The notes beneath the pieces are model-generated. The model saw only the letters and a program-made list of their open reading frames with translations. It did not search any database and had not been told where the DNA came from. Positions 23,723 through 35,447 of a stretch of 41,524 nucleotides of DNA are shown one piece after another. A program made the translations under genes and the position numbers. The stretch is from Tubiluchus corallicola (lineage: Eukaryota; Animalia; Priapulida), in NCBI GenBank assembly GCA_030141605.1, contig JAQGDQ010001432.1, forward strand, positions 1 to 41,524, written 5' to 3'. Position 1 is the first letter of the stretch, and every line of letters begins with the position of its first letter.

Positions 23723-24939
23723 TACGAAGCTCTGTTAGCGTCAATTTGGTTTTTTGAAGAAAAAAAATCGCATCATAATGAGGCAGCTATCTCGTATAAC
23801 GAGGTTGTAGTTCATTATAACGAGACAGTAAATCGTTATAACCGGATAGTTGTGATGTCGTTCGTTTTAACGAGACAGTAAATCGTTATAACGAGATATC
23901 TATGATGTCGTTCGTTTTAACGAGATAGCTATGATGTAGATCGGTATAACGAGATAGCTATGATGTAGATCGTTATAACGAGATATCTATGATGTCGTTC
24001 GTTTTAACGAGACAGTAAATCGTTATAATGAAATAGCTATGATGTAGATCGTTTTAACGAGACAGTAAATCGTTATAATGAAATAGCTATAATGTCGTTC
24101 GTATTAACGAGACAGTAAATCGTTATAACGAGGTGGCTATGATGTAGATCGTTATAACGAGATAGCTATGATGTAGATCGGTATAACGAGATAGCTATGA
24201 TGCAGATCGTTATAACGAGATAGCAATGATGTCGTTCGTTTTAACGAGACAGTAAATCGTTATAACGAGATATCTATGATGTCGTTCGTTTTAACGAGAC
24301 ACTAAATCGTTATAATGAAATAGCTATGATGTAGATCGTTTTAACGAGACAGTAAATCGTTATAATGAAATAGCTATGGTGTCGTTCGTTTTAACGAAAC
24401 AGTAAATCGTTATAATGAAATAGCTAGGTATGATGTAGTTCGTTTTAACGAGACAGTAAATCGTTATAACCGGATAGCTATGGTGTAGTTCATTTTAGCG
24501 AGACAGTAAATCGTTATAATGAAATAGCTGTGATGTAGACCGTTTTAGCGAGACAGTAAATCGTTATAACGAGATAGCTATGATGTAGACCGTTTTAACG
24601 AGACAGTAAATCGCTATAACGACATAGCTATATGGTTATAACGATTTAATGTCTCGTTATAACGAACTACAACTTCGTTATAATGACTTACTACCTCGTT
24701 ATAAAGAAGCAGCCACGTCGTTATAACGAGATGTCTTTGTGTCATTACAACGAGATGGCAATGTTTATATAACAAGGCTGTATGCATTGTAACGAGACAG
24801 TAAGCCATTTAAACGACATAGCTATGTTGTTATAGCGAGACAGCTATGTTGTTATAGCGAGACAGCTATGTTGTTATAACAATATAATTGCATTTTTCTT
24901 CAAAAAAAAAAACAAATTTGATACTAATGAAGCTCCGTA
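23723..24939. mobile_element. IS3EU-like non-autonomous element with an internal satellite array
   Basis: TACG...CGTA termini with imperfect TIRs of about 45 bp; flanks CAATTG/CCAATG (4/6); interior made of CGTTATAACGAGA-based units. Confidence 0.7.
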
Positions 24940-25244
24940 CCAATGTGTTTGTTAAAGTCACATTGAAGTTTTTGAATATTGTTGTTGTATAATTACTAAA
25001 CGTGTGTTGGAAGTACTTTAATGAGATGGGCAGTTTATGTATTTATTTATTTATCAATAAATCTGTTACCTGTGACGTGTTCGAACTTATGGTAATCTGT
25101 TAACTTACATGAATTTCCTAGTTCAGCAACGTTAGTCTAACTCTGCACGTAATTTATACAATACAGAACTGAACATGTCTGAACTAAAGCTTATTAAAGT
25201 TTATCGACATGTGGATTCTATAATTTCATAGAAGAAAAAAGTGA

Positions 25245-26219
25245 TAAAATGTGAGTAAATGTGGCGGGAAGACATCCAATGTTCTATCCTGCTCATAAAA
25301 TGTGAGTAAATGTGGCGGGAAGACATTCAATGTTCTATCCTGGTTATAAAATGTGAGTAAATGTGGCGGGAAGACATCCAATGTTCTAACCTGGTTATAA
25401 AATGTGAGTAAATGTGGCGGGAAGACATCCAATGTTCTATCCTGCTTACAAAATGTGATTAAATGTGGCGGAAAGACACCCAAATGTTCTATCCTGGTTA
25501 TAAAATGTGAGTAAATGTGGCGGGAAGACACCCAATGTTCTATCCTGCTTACAAAATGTGCGTAAATGTGGCGGGAAGACATCCAATGTTCTATCCTGGT
25601 TATAAAATGTGAGTAAATGTGGCGGGAAAACATCCGATGTTCTATCCTGGTTATAAAATGTGACTAAATGTGGCGGGAAGACTTCCAATGTTCTATCCTG
25701 GTTATAAAATGTGAGCAAATGTGGCGGGAAGACATCCAATGTTCTATCCTGCTTATAAAATGCGAGTAAATGTGGCGGGAAGACATCCAATGTTCTATCC
25801 TGGTTATAAAATGTGAGTAAATGTGGCGGGAAGACATCCAATGTTCTATCCTGGTTATAAAATGTGAGTAAATGTGGCGGGAAGACATTCAATGTTCTAT
25901 CCTGGTTATAAAATGTGAGTAAATGTGGCGGGAAGACATCCAATGTTCTATCCTGCTCATAAAATGTGAGTAAATGTGGCGGGAAGACATCCAATGTTCT
26001 ATCCTACTTATAAAATGTAAGTAAATGTGGCGGGAAGACATCCAATGTTCTATCCTGCTTACAAAATGTGAGTAAATGTGGCGGGAAGACACCCAATGTT
26101 CTATCCTGCTTATAAAATGTGAGTAAATGTGGCGGGAAGACACCCAATGTTCTATCCTGCTTACAAAATGTGAGTAAATGTGGCGGGAAGACACCCAAAT
26201 GTTCTATCCTGGTTATAAA
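25245..26219. repeat. 51-bp minisatellite, about 19 copies
   Basis: TAAAATGTGAGTAAATGTGGCGGGAAGACATCCAATGTTCTATCCTGGTTA; 17-aa periodic ORFs. Confidence 0.97.
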
Positions 26220-26994
26220 TGAATTTGAAACAATAACACTGGCCAACAAATAGAGATGACATTTTTTTATTGGACGGGATATGCCATTTCGAGTGTGCTG
26301 AACACGATTTGCTTTGCTTAAACATGTCTGGTTTTTAGTAAATTTTTTTGTAATAAATTGGGTCAAACCGTTTTTGCATGATCTTAATACTTTAATTAAA
26401 CTGTAATTCATTGACAATCAGTAAAATTCTATACTGACATAATCCATCTTTTCTGGAGTAATCTAGATTTCCTGCACATCTACTCGAAATTTATTTAATT
26501 CAAAATAATTTTATTAAGTTTTTGTTTACGAGTTTGCTTATTTATTATTTCACGTTCATAACTGAACATGACAAGTATCGTAGACCAGTAAATAACTTAA
26601 TTTGAGTTTATTAAAGTAAGCCAAATGTACTAAACAACATGATATATAACGTAATTTATTACATCCGTTGTAGACGGACAATGAACCGTTTTACTTAATA
26701 CATAATAATACATTATAATAATACATGTGAAAATAAATAATGCAATATTTCGATTCAAGCTGAGAAGACAGACAAAAATAACAAAGAGTCATGTTATAGT
26801 GTTTGGAACTCTCAAACACTTTTAACACTTCACGAATTTCACAGCAAACCGATTTAAAATGGAGTAGCTTAAGGCTCTTCATCAATAATTAGCTTGGGTA
26901 TAGCACTATAATGTTGGCGAGTATGGTTTACTTTTTAGCAGATAGAGGGCGTACGAAAAGCACATGGTTTTCGTCTTAAATACTAAATCGCCCG

Positions 26995-27260
26995 ACAGTC
27001 CTCTCTCGAGGAATTCTCGACCACCTTCCTGTTTCTATCACTAACCTGTGTGAAGACAGTAATAAACAAGGGGTACTGATTCTGGAAAATTCGGGCATAT
27101 CAGCGTCGTAGTAGAATTGGGGCTGTTTCAAATCAGGGTTAAAACGCACATGCTGGCTATATCTAGTGGATTGCTTATTTCTTACGTAAGCCCAAATATC
27201 ACTGAAATACTTGATCAATTAAATTTAAATCCTCAGTTACTAATAAGGTTTCAATATATT
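26995..27260 (-). mobile_element. Non-LTR retrotransposon ORF2 C-terminal fragment
   Basis: LLSSHRLVIETGRWSRIPRER matches the RLSSHxLxIETGR motif that precedes the zinc finger in RTE-X/CR1-group LINEs. Confidence 0.68.
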
Positions 27261-27322
27261 AGACTACCGTCTGCTCATAGCGGAGGCAGGACGGATGGCA
27301 CCGCGGCCCACACCGTGCGGCA

Positions 27323-27675
27323 TGTCCCAATTAAGTCCTTCAACGCCTCACCCATAAACAAAGATTGAATAATAGAGTCAGTCGAAATGACAATTTATTA
27401 TTGAATATTACACGTTAAATAAGAAACGGCCAGCTTACCTACAGAAACAGAGTTTGCGAGAAAAGCCTGAGAAATGTGAACAGAGCTGCACATGCTACGA
27501 AAGACACGACCGCTGACAAGGGTCTACAGCAGACCTTCACTTTTTATAAGCTCAGGTGTGCACGTGACTAGTGGCTTTTGCTAACACAAGGTTAGAATAG
27601 GAGTCTATGTGCTAGATAAAGCCATGTTCACTTGCACCCCTGAGAAGTCTACTGTATTCCCCTGTCAGCATTACA
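27323..27675 (-). mobile_element. Possible solo LTR or orphan promoter
   Basis: TG...CA ends; on the minus strand TATAAAAA (about 27541-27548), donor-like AG|GTAAGC (about 27438) and AATAAA (about 27395); no TSD. Confidence 0.35.
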
Positions 27676-28410
27676 TTTCATTTCATCTCAGCCCTGTAGT
27701 ACAATATCTTAATCTAAGTGTCCAAGCTTGACGACACAAATTGAATGAAATCCTAAATGGAGGATGTGAATTTGGGCTCAGTAAACCATTTCTTCTGACA
27801 GTGAACCATTTTTTCTGAACATTTTTTTATTCTAGCGCAACAGGATGGCGTGTCCGTTTCAATAAGACACAACTCAATACACACTAAAGTTTAACGGGTG
27901 GAACATGTCGAGAAAATTCTGTATTTTGTTGTGCTTTAATTAGTGTTCTAAATTTATGGCAATTCGTAAACGTGTTTCTCATTAAATGGTTACCGGAAGT
28001 TGAAAGCGAATTTTGAGAAATCTAGCTGTCCTCACTGTCCGATATCACTGTCCGAAAAAAAATTGCCGGAGGTGGTCAATGGTAACGCTGGATGCTTGAC
28101 CATGCATAATACGATTATCTTGTGCATAAAAATTTCAATATTGATTGGCAACAAATTATAGCGTTTTTAGCAAAATAACAGAGCTAGATAAAGCTGAAAG
28201 AACCGAAACTGGCGGTAGACTGTCAACTTATTGAAGAAACTTTTCTAAGCCGTTCCCACGTTGCAACAAGTTACGAAAGAAATCACTGCGTCAGAGCGCG
28301 CCATTACAAAAGGCGGCTAGCATTCGAATTAACATTACGTACTACAATACGTGGCCTAAATAAGCCTTGTGGCCTTTCACAGTTTCCATGTGCGCATGCG
28401 CAGTTGCCGT

Positions 28411-28700
28411 AGGTCAAAGGTTAAGTGTACCACAGCAACGCGTCTCAACTACAAGCGTCACTTCACTTAACACGTGGGTAAAGCAAAGCCGTCTGTGGCA
28501 TTAGTTCTGTAAGTCTTAGTGTTAGTGTGTTAGTCTGTGCGTAGAGTGATTTACTAGCAGGATCTTGCTTGGGAACAAGAAAAAATGAACTAGGTAAGGT
28601 TCTAGCTAGCTGTAAAACTGTTACTATTACAACAACACGGGCTCCGAGGCGTTGTCAACTGTACACAGACGCGTTGTCTGGTACACTTAACCTTTGACCT
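28411..28700. mobile_element. MITE-like element bounded by an inverted repeat of about 34 bp
   Basis: AGGTCAAAGGTTAAGTGTACCA..CAACGCGTCT / AGACGCGTTGTCTGGTACACTTAACCTTTGACCT; outer 22 bp perfect; no TSD seen. Confidence 0.65.
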
Positions 28701-28706
28701 TTTCAC

Positions 28707-29310
28707 AATGAATCAATAATTTATTTCACTCCAGCAACACATATACAATACATCAACATGTAATATTATTGAAACAAAAAGAAACAGTATAGGTAAAAAA
28801 AACGTTGATGAAGTCAAATTAACCAAATAAAGGAGTTGCTGTATGACACTTTGAAAGCTTGGCTTGTTAAGGCGGCACAAACGAGTGAATGAAAGAATGG
28901 TTAGGGTCAGTAAACATGATGAAATGGAAAAATAGTAAGATTAGGGATAGGAAGAAGGAAAAGAGGAGAAGAAACGACCACAGTGTATGTTTAATTTACA
29001 TAGAGGTATATTAAAATAGCATTATAATTGATTGGAGGTCATATATTGCGACTGCATGAGACATGGAACCATTAAAATTGTATTATAAGTATGAATCAAA
29101 AATGGTCCTTTTCAAGTACTTTTTGAAACTGTAAATAGTTTTGTGTATTTTTACTTGGGCACTTATTTTATTCCAGTTGTTGGGGGCTGTGAATTTAATA
29201 AAGTGCTTGGCTCTATTAGTACGACAGTAAGGGACATGATATTCGTTGAACCTTGTAAAGTAATCTTTAGGATTTGCTGTAATTGGATTTGCAATCATCA
29301 AACGCTGGAA
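28707..29310 (-). mobile_element. L2-group (Crack/Daphne-like) LINE 3' end
   Basis: YHVPYCRTNRAKHFIKFTAPNNWNKIS..KTIYSFKKYLK*, 3'UTR, AATAAA near 28722 on the minus strand. Confidence 0.72.
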
Positions 29311-29761
29311 CTGTAAAAAGACTTATAAAAATTCAACACAAAGATATAGTTTTTTAAAGACTAATGATGCCCTGAGTTTATTTGGTCATTTCTGTCACAT
29401 TAGAATACAATGCATTATATCACAAACAATTTAACATCAAGTCTAACGGTTCACAAGACTTTCATAATAAATAAAAATCAAAAGAATTCTGAAATCAGAA
29501 AAAGGAATATTGTATTTTTTACATTTAGTACCACACGAAGCAAATGAAATAAAACACACTTGATCTTTGGCAGTTTAGCCTGTACAACAAGAACATCTTT
29601 TGTGTTGAACTCTTTGGCACATTCATAACATTGAGTTTTATCGATTAACTGCAAAACACTTAACAAGTATTTTTGATCATCATTGGAATATTAGCGATCA
29701 GTAGTAAAAATTATCAACGTTATTAACTTAAGTCAGAGGTGTGATTATTATCTCTTCTCTG

Positions 29762-30255
29762 TAGTGGCGGCTCGTAGTTAAAATTACTGGGGGTGCTGCT
29801 TCAGAAAATTTTTAGCCATTGTTATAATACTGTGGAAAACGAAACATGTTGTAATTTTAGCAGACAATTATACGAAAATTTATACATAAACTTGATAAAA
29901 TAAAATCGTAAGCAAAATTATTGGTTGTTTACGAATAGGCTAAATTCATGCAGTTCAAGAACATGCCGATACACTGCTTTTAAACACGTGATAACTGACA
30001 ACACGTACTGCGTTATTGACAGTACTTTTTCTACCTAAAGTGCAGCGTCTTATCTCCGACATGGCCGCGTGCGCATAACAGCCAAACACCACGCTGCTCT
30101 TGCTGTGTGCGCACTGTGCTGGGCTGTAAAGCAAACAATACTACCCTCACGTGCTATGGACCGTACAAGTGTAAAGAAAGAACTAAAGAAAATGTACTGT
30201 ATATCATCGATAATATTGAATGAAAATAGGGGGTGCTGCAGTTCCACCGTAGGTG
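29762..30255 (+). mobile_element. hAT (Tip100-like) non-autonomous element, copy 1
   Basis: TAGTGGCGGCTCGTAG left end, GGGGGTGCTGC subterminal motifs; collinear with 39088-40226. Confidence 0.6.
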
Positions 30256-30496
30256 TACACTCTCATTCTCATCTGCTGATTCTCCGGAAATGACAGTTAA
30301 ATGAGATACTTATCGACGCGCTGAAACTTGATTATTGTTTAATATAATTTATAGATACGTTTCTTTATTTATTTTATCGAAAAACAATGCTTGCTTCTTC
30401 TTCATTTGACAGAAATGGTGCATTTAGCTAAAATAAAAATTTTGCCTGCGATTTTTTTGAGGTACATGTCCTTTTACAATTAATAGACGTCGTTAA

Positions 30497-31026
30497 AGGA
30501 GAAGACAAGTCACTTTTTAGCTTGTTGGGTTTATTTTACTGTGTAATTATTATTTTATTATTTAACTTGAAAAATATAACAAAACGTTTGCTAAAACATT
30601 GACTATAAAGCATAAAGTTAATTTATACTACCACTATAGAACTAATAAGCAGCGGTGGTAGCCACCACTCACTTCAAAATTATGACGTCACTGGTGGACA
30701 TTGTGAGTTTTAGTAAGCGAGCGTTGTTTAGACTAGTTCAAACTTCGGCAGCTTGCCCAATGTTCATGCAAAAATATCAAAAAATTGGCTATCTAATTTT
30801 TTGTAAAAGCTTATTATACTTTTGGCGGAAATTGACGGGGGGCTGCTTTTCTTCAGCCGATGAATGACGTCACTGGTGGAAGAATGGGCGTCCAAAAAGG
30901 GAGCGTTCAAATGTGAGTTTGAAATTATTTTACTAATTACACGCGTGCTTATCACACTTTTAGCTCTAAGCAGTTTTTCGCGAGCGTCACAATAAGTCAA
31001 ACTTCCCAAAAGGGTTGGCTTTTCCT
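30497..31026. mobile_element. Kolobok-like MITE (530 bp)
   Basis: TTAA|AGGAGAAGACAA ... TTGGCTTTTCCT|TTAA (TIR 10/12); internal TGACGTCACTGGTGGA occurs twice. Confidence 0.72.
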
Positions 31027-31169
31027 TTAATAAAATATTTCAGTTCGAGGATTAGAAAACGTTAAGAAATATGACGACAACTGTCATAGTCAGCACTTCA
31101 ACAATGTAGGCCCACTTAAAATAACACAGGAAAACATGAATAGGTTGATTTTCAAAAGAGGCAACGAAT

Positions 31170-31985
31170 TTAATAAAAATATCCACCATGACTGTAACCT
31201 ATACCGTAACCTCCAAGACCATAACCTCCAAGACCGTAACCTCCAAGACCGTAACCTCCATACCCATGACCAATACCATAACCACCATAACCACCATAGC
31301 CACCATAACCACCATAACCACCATAGCCACCATAGCCACCGTAGCCACCATAACCACCATAACCACCGTAGCCACCATAACCACCATAGCCACCGTAGCC
31401 ACCATAACCACCATAGCCACCGTAGCCATGACCTCCATATCCTCCATAACCACCATAACCATGACCGTAACCATGTCCATAGCTTTTGTGTCCATATCCA
31501 CCATAGAATTTTGGACTATGATAGAAGGAATAACCGAAACCTGGCAACCCATACCCTTTTCCGTAACCATGACCATATCCGTGTCCACCATATCCGCCAT
31601 GTCCATAACCGTGTCCAAACCCACCGTAACCGTGACCATAACCACGTCCATAGCCGATTTTGTGACCGTAACCGACCTTATGTCCGTACCCACTGTGGTA
31701 ACCTGGACGGTGGTAGCTGTACTTGTACGAATAGCCGGGATAGACATGAGCGTAGCCGCTTCCGTATCCGCCATGCTTGGAGCCACCATGACCTCCGTAA
31801 CCGTAGCCGCTTCCGTATCCGCCATGCTTGGAGCCACCATGACCTCCGTAACCGTAACCGCGTCCGTAACCACGTCTTACACCATGCCCACCGCCATGCC
31901 GACGTCCACCGTAACCACCTCTACGGCCGTAACCGCCACCATGTTTTTTGCCGTAGCTGCCACGGCCCTCTGCCAAAGCTGCAAC
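31170..31985 (-). CDS. Secreted Gly/Tyr/His-rich repetitive protein, exon 3 (main coding exon)
   Basis: Acceptor tcttatctccag|GTT; 271 codons VAALAEGRGSYG...(GGY)n...GGYFY then TAA; synonymous variation among Gly/Tyr codons indicates protein-level constraint. Confidence 0.93.
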   Translation of the reverse strand, partial: VAALAEGRGSYGKKHGGGYGRRGGYGGRRHGGGHGVRRGYGRGYGYGGHGGSKHGGYGSGYGYGGHGGSKHGGYGSGYAHVYPGYSYKYSYHRPGYHSGYGHKVGYGHKIGYGRGYGHGYGGFGHGYGHGGYGGHGYGHGYGKGYGLPGFGYSFYHSPKFYGGYGHKSYGHGYGHGYGGYGGYGGHGYGGYGGYGGYGGYGGYGGYGGYGGYGGYGGYGGYGGYGGYGGYGGYGGYGIGHGYGGYGLGGYGLGGYGLGGYGIGYSHGGYFY

Positions 31986-32069
31986 CTGGAGATAAGACAC
32001 AGCTTTGTATAAAACACAATAAATTATTTCTGTCAGTATGAATAAAATAGTAAAAAGTTGATATCGATG

Positions 32070-32430
32070 TTACTGTACAGTGCTACTGTAACATATTCAG
32101 TGTGTTGTACTAAAATAAAAATTCAAATTTCAAATTTACCGCTATGCTCACGCATGAGCTATCGAACTTGTGCAGTTCGTCACAAACGAACATATCTGAA
32201 CTGAGAGGTACAGCACCTGTTTTTTGTGTAATGCGATTCCGAAATATAGGCGCTAGTGCTCGTCTAACTAGCGAATGGCAAATGCATGTAACAGTGAAGA
32301 ACTAGTGGCGCGAACGTGAAATTGTGTTTGTGTGGTAATAATTCTTTCACATAAGTTATTTTTGAAAAAATATTACATTTCCTTTAAATATTTTAAAAAG
32401 CATGTTGTTTTGACGTGCAGATTAAGATTA
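32070..32430 (+). mobile_element. Kolobok-like MITE family, partial copy in intron 2
   Basis: Homologous to 12335-12650 (CACGCATGAGCT..CTTGTGCAGTTCGTCACAAAC); contains TTTCCT|TTAA. Confidence 0.65.
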
Positions 32431-33489
32431 ACTTTCCTTAATTTTTCCATAGATCCTCAATTTGCACAAAGCTGGGAATCTTCCCGGTCCAGTATTGCGC
32501 CCTTGTAGACTGTCTTGCACCGGCCTTGGTTTTGTTCTATTCCTCCTTTCCTGTACTAATGCAGATAGTTGTAGAGGGACTGGCACCTAGTTCATTATCA
32601 AGAGTGAGCGTTTAAGTTGAGACATCAACTGCCAGAGACATCTCAATCATGTTCAGGTTCAAATTCACCCCTGTCAACGCAGCGTGGGGGGGGGGGGGAG
32701 TTAAATGCCACAAAAACAGTTTCCCAAACGTTTATCCATCGATTTCATGACTAGGTTCAGGAATGCTTAACTTTGGTTCTTAGGCAAATACCCAGTGGCC
32801 ACTCAACTATACCCTCGCGCCGTACGTTATGGTCTGTAAGTTCTACTGTTTTATGCTTAAACATTAAGATGCGTTTAAAACCCACTGGAAACGATATTAA
32901 TCTTTCTAGTTCACAAAACACAGTTTACATCATTGCAAAGTAGATGATATCAGCTAATATCGGAGCGAACTGAATTTAGGTCTAGGTCTGCAGTTTGAAA
33001 CAGGCCTAACATAAAATTTCTTCGTTGTATGTGAAATTTATGACTCATAAAGGTATAGCACTACTTCACACAGTAACTTCGCATAAAAGGCAATTAAGAT
33101 ATTACATCTGACCTTGTTCTAAATTCGAAATGTTGAAATTACTGCTTCGTAATTAAATGGTGCAAAACTGCACGAATAAAACAACGCATGAGTTGCATTA
33201 TTTCTGCTGTTGAAAATTATGTTAGTTTGTGACGTCATCAATATCAACTTTTCACTGTTTAATTCATACTAATAAAATAACGCATGAGTTGGACAAGGGA
33301 ATTATCTATTGTTTTAGCCTTTATATATTTTCTATCGATGGCTGCTACTGTGCAGTAGAAATGTCGACTTTTGCAATAAAAAATTATTACATAGAGGGTT
33401 GTTTAAGAAACGGATATTGTTCTTGTTATAAAATATAAAAACTTTACACTTAATCTATTACATAGACTTCCATAGTTATAGATCAGATG

Positions 33490-34099
33490 TTTTAGCTTAA
33501 AGTAAAACCAGACCCAATGTTAAACTAGGTCAAAACAATCTACTCTTAAAAATATTGAAAGGAAACATGCTATTTTTTCAAAAATGACTTACGTGAAAGA
33601 ATTATTACAACAACAAACACAATTTCACGTTCACGCCACTAGTTCTTTGGTGTTACGTGCATTTCTCCATTCGCTTGTTAGACGAGCATTAGTGCCTGCA
33701 TTTTGGAAGCACATTGCACAAAAACAGGTGCTGTACCTCTCAGTTCATATGTGTTAGTTTATAAAGAACAGAGTAAGCACAGCAGTAAATTTGAAATTTG
33801 AATATTTATCTTAAAACTTGCCTAGTTTTGGTCCAGCACACTGAATATCTTACAGCACCACTGTAGTTCAATTTTCCCTTCCCCAAACACGTGCAACGCG
33901 CTCGTGGAATATTTTTGCTGTTGAAAATTATGTTAGTTTGTGATGTCGTCAATAGTTGGGCTCGTCCGCCGTTAGTTAAGTTTTTTATCTATTATTAATT
34001 TATCAGAAACGCGTTTGCAGTATTAATCGCGTTAAAATGCATACTGCCAAAATGGACTTGAAATGGGGTAGTGTATGAAAAATCATCCTGTCTTCCTTT
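33490..34099 (-). mobile_element. Kolobok-like MITE family, inverted copy in intron 2
   Basis: Reverse complement of 12120-12670; carries one copy of the 99-bp unit (about 33925-34035). Confidence 0.7.
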
Positions 34100-34254
34100 A
34101 TGAAACGCATATTGTTCTTGTTATAAATAATTTAAAAACTTCATACTTAATCCATTATATAAGCATCCGTAGAATTAGATCAGTGATGAAGCTTAAGCTA
34201 AGGTAAATTTTACTGTTTATTGTAAATTTTAATAAAGTTGTGAATAATAGTTAC

Positions 34255-34305
34255 CAGCAGGATGACTAAAGCCGTGAATAAAATGCACGACGCAAGCCTG
34301 TTCAT
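34255..34305 (-). CDS. Secreted Gly/Tyr/His-rich protein, exon 2 coding part (signal peptide); full exon 34334-34255
   Basis: tttcag| 29-nt UTR, AAGATG start, MNRLASCILFTALVILL|gtaact; phase-0 join gives MNRLASCILFTALVILLVAALAEG-RGSYG. Confidence 0.9.
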
Positions 34306-34487
34306 CTTCAAACTTTGTTTCGTTTGTTATTTATCTGAAACAGAATCACATAGATATATGTAAATCACTTACTTTTAAAAGATTATTCCCCCAGTTCCAT
34401 AAAACAACAACCAGTCATAAATCTAAGAGGTGTTTTAGCGTAATTATTAAAGTTTCTACACCATTGATTTAAGTGTCACGCATGCGC

Positions 34488-34602
<115 letters not shown>

Positions 34603-34845
34603 CTACCAATACTTTGAGCTGATTTTGACAGTTAATTTCTAAACTGAATGGCATCATTGCACACAGTTTAAAAATGATGCTAGTTTGTTTGAAAAACAAC
34701 TGAAGACAAACTTTAGTAACTTTCATACCAACTGTAGGCACTGTCTGCTACATATATAGTAACAATGTTATTGCAGTCTATGGGCGTGCTTTTATAGACA
34801 CGGAAAAAATAACCCTAACCCGAATCCTAACCGAAGCTAAAATAG

Positions 34846-35447
34846 TGACTTTTTCCTAGCTAAAATTGTAACTTTTTTCTGTGACTTTTGTCCTAGCTAA
34901 AATTGTAACTTTTTCTGTGACTTTTTTCCTAGCTAAAATTGTGGCTTTTTCCTGTGACTTTTTTCCTAGCTAACGTTGTGACTTTTTCTGTGATTTTTTT
35001 TCCTAGCTAAAATTATGGCTTCTTTCTGTGACTTTTTTCCTAGCTAAAATTGTGGCTTTTTTCTGTGACTTTTTTCCTAGCTAAAATTGTGGCTTTTTTC
35101 TGTGACTTTTTTCGTAGCTAAAATTGTGACTTTTTCTGTGATTTTTTTCCTAGCTAAAATTGTGGCTTTTTTCTGTGACTTTTTTCCTAGCTAAAATTGT
35201 GGGTTTTTCTGTGACTTTTTTCCTAGCTAAAATTGTGTCATTTTTCTGTGACTTTTTTCCTAGCTAAAATTGTGGCTTTTTTCTGTGACTTTTTTCCTAG
35301 TTAAAATTGTGGCTTTTTTCTGTGACTTTTTCCTAGCTAAAATTGTGGCCTTTTTCTGTGACTTTTTTCCTAGCAAAAATTGTGTCTTTTTCCTGTGACT
35401 TTTAGCGTGACTTTTCCTATGACTTTACCGTAGTGACTTTCCTATGA
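34846..35447. repeat. Minisatellite of about 37 bp, about 15 copies (GTGACTTTTTTCCTAGCTAAAATTGTGGCTTTTTTCT), in intron 1
   Basis: Directly visible; preceded by AACCCTAACCCGAATCCTAACC. Confidence 0.95.

Noticed and set aside
26230-26340. KNQT...RNGISRP resembling ribosomal protein L29
   Set aside because: Few identities, wrong spacing and no start or continuation; probably chance
21431-31170. Functional coupling of the cyclase and the Gly/Tyr/His gene as a receptor-ligand pair
   Set aside because: Only adjacency supports it; the secreted protein has no Cys ring like natriuretic peptides
31986-32000. ORF-track start MSYLQ for the Gly/Tyr protein
   Set aside because: It is a GTG within the intronic acceptor region; the ATG at 34305 provides the signal peptide
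31136-32041. Long overlapping ORFs: His/Asn/Arg-rich and Thr-rich on +, Val/Met-rich on -
   Set aside because: GGN/TAY/CAY codon usage rarely creates stops in other frames; only the Gly/Tyr frame has a splice acceptor and signal-peptide exon
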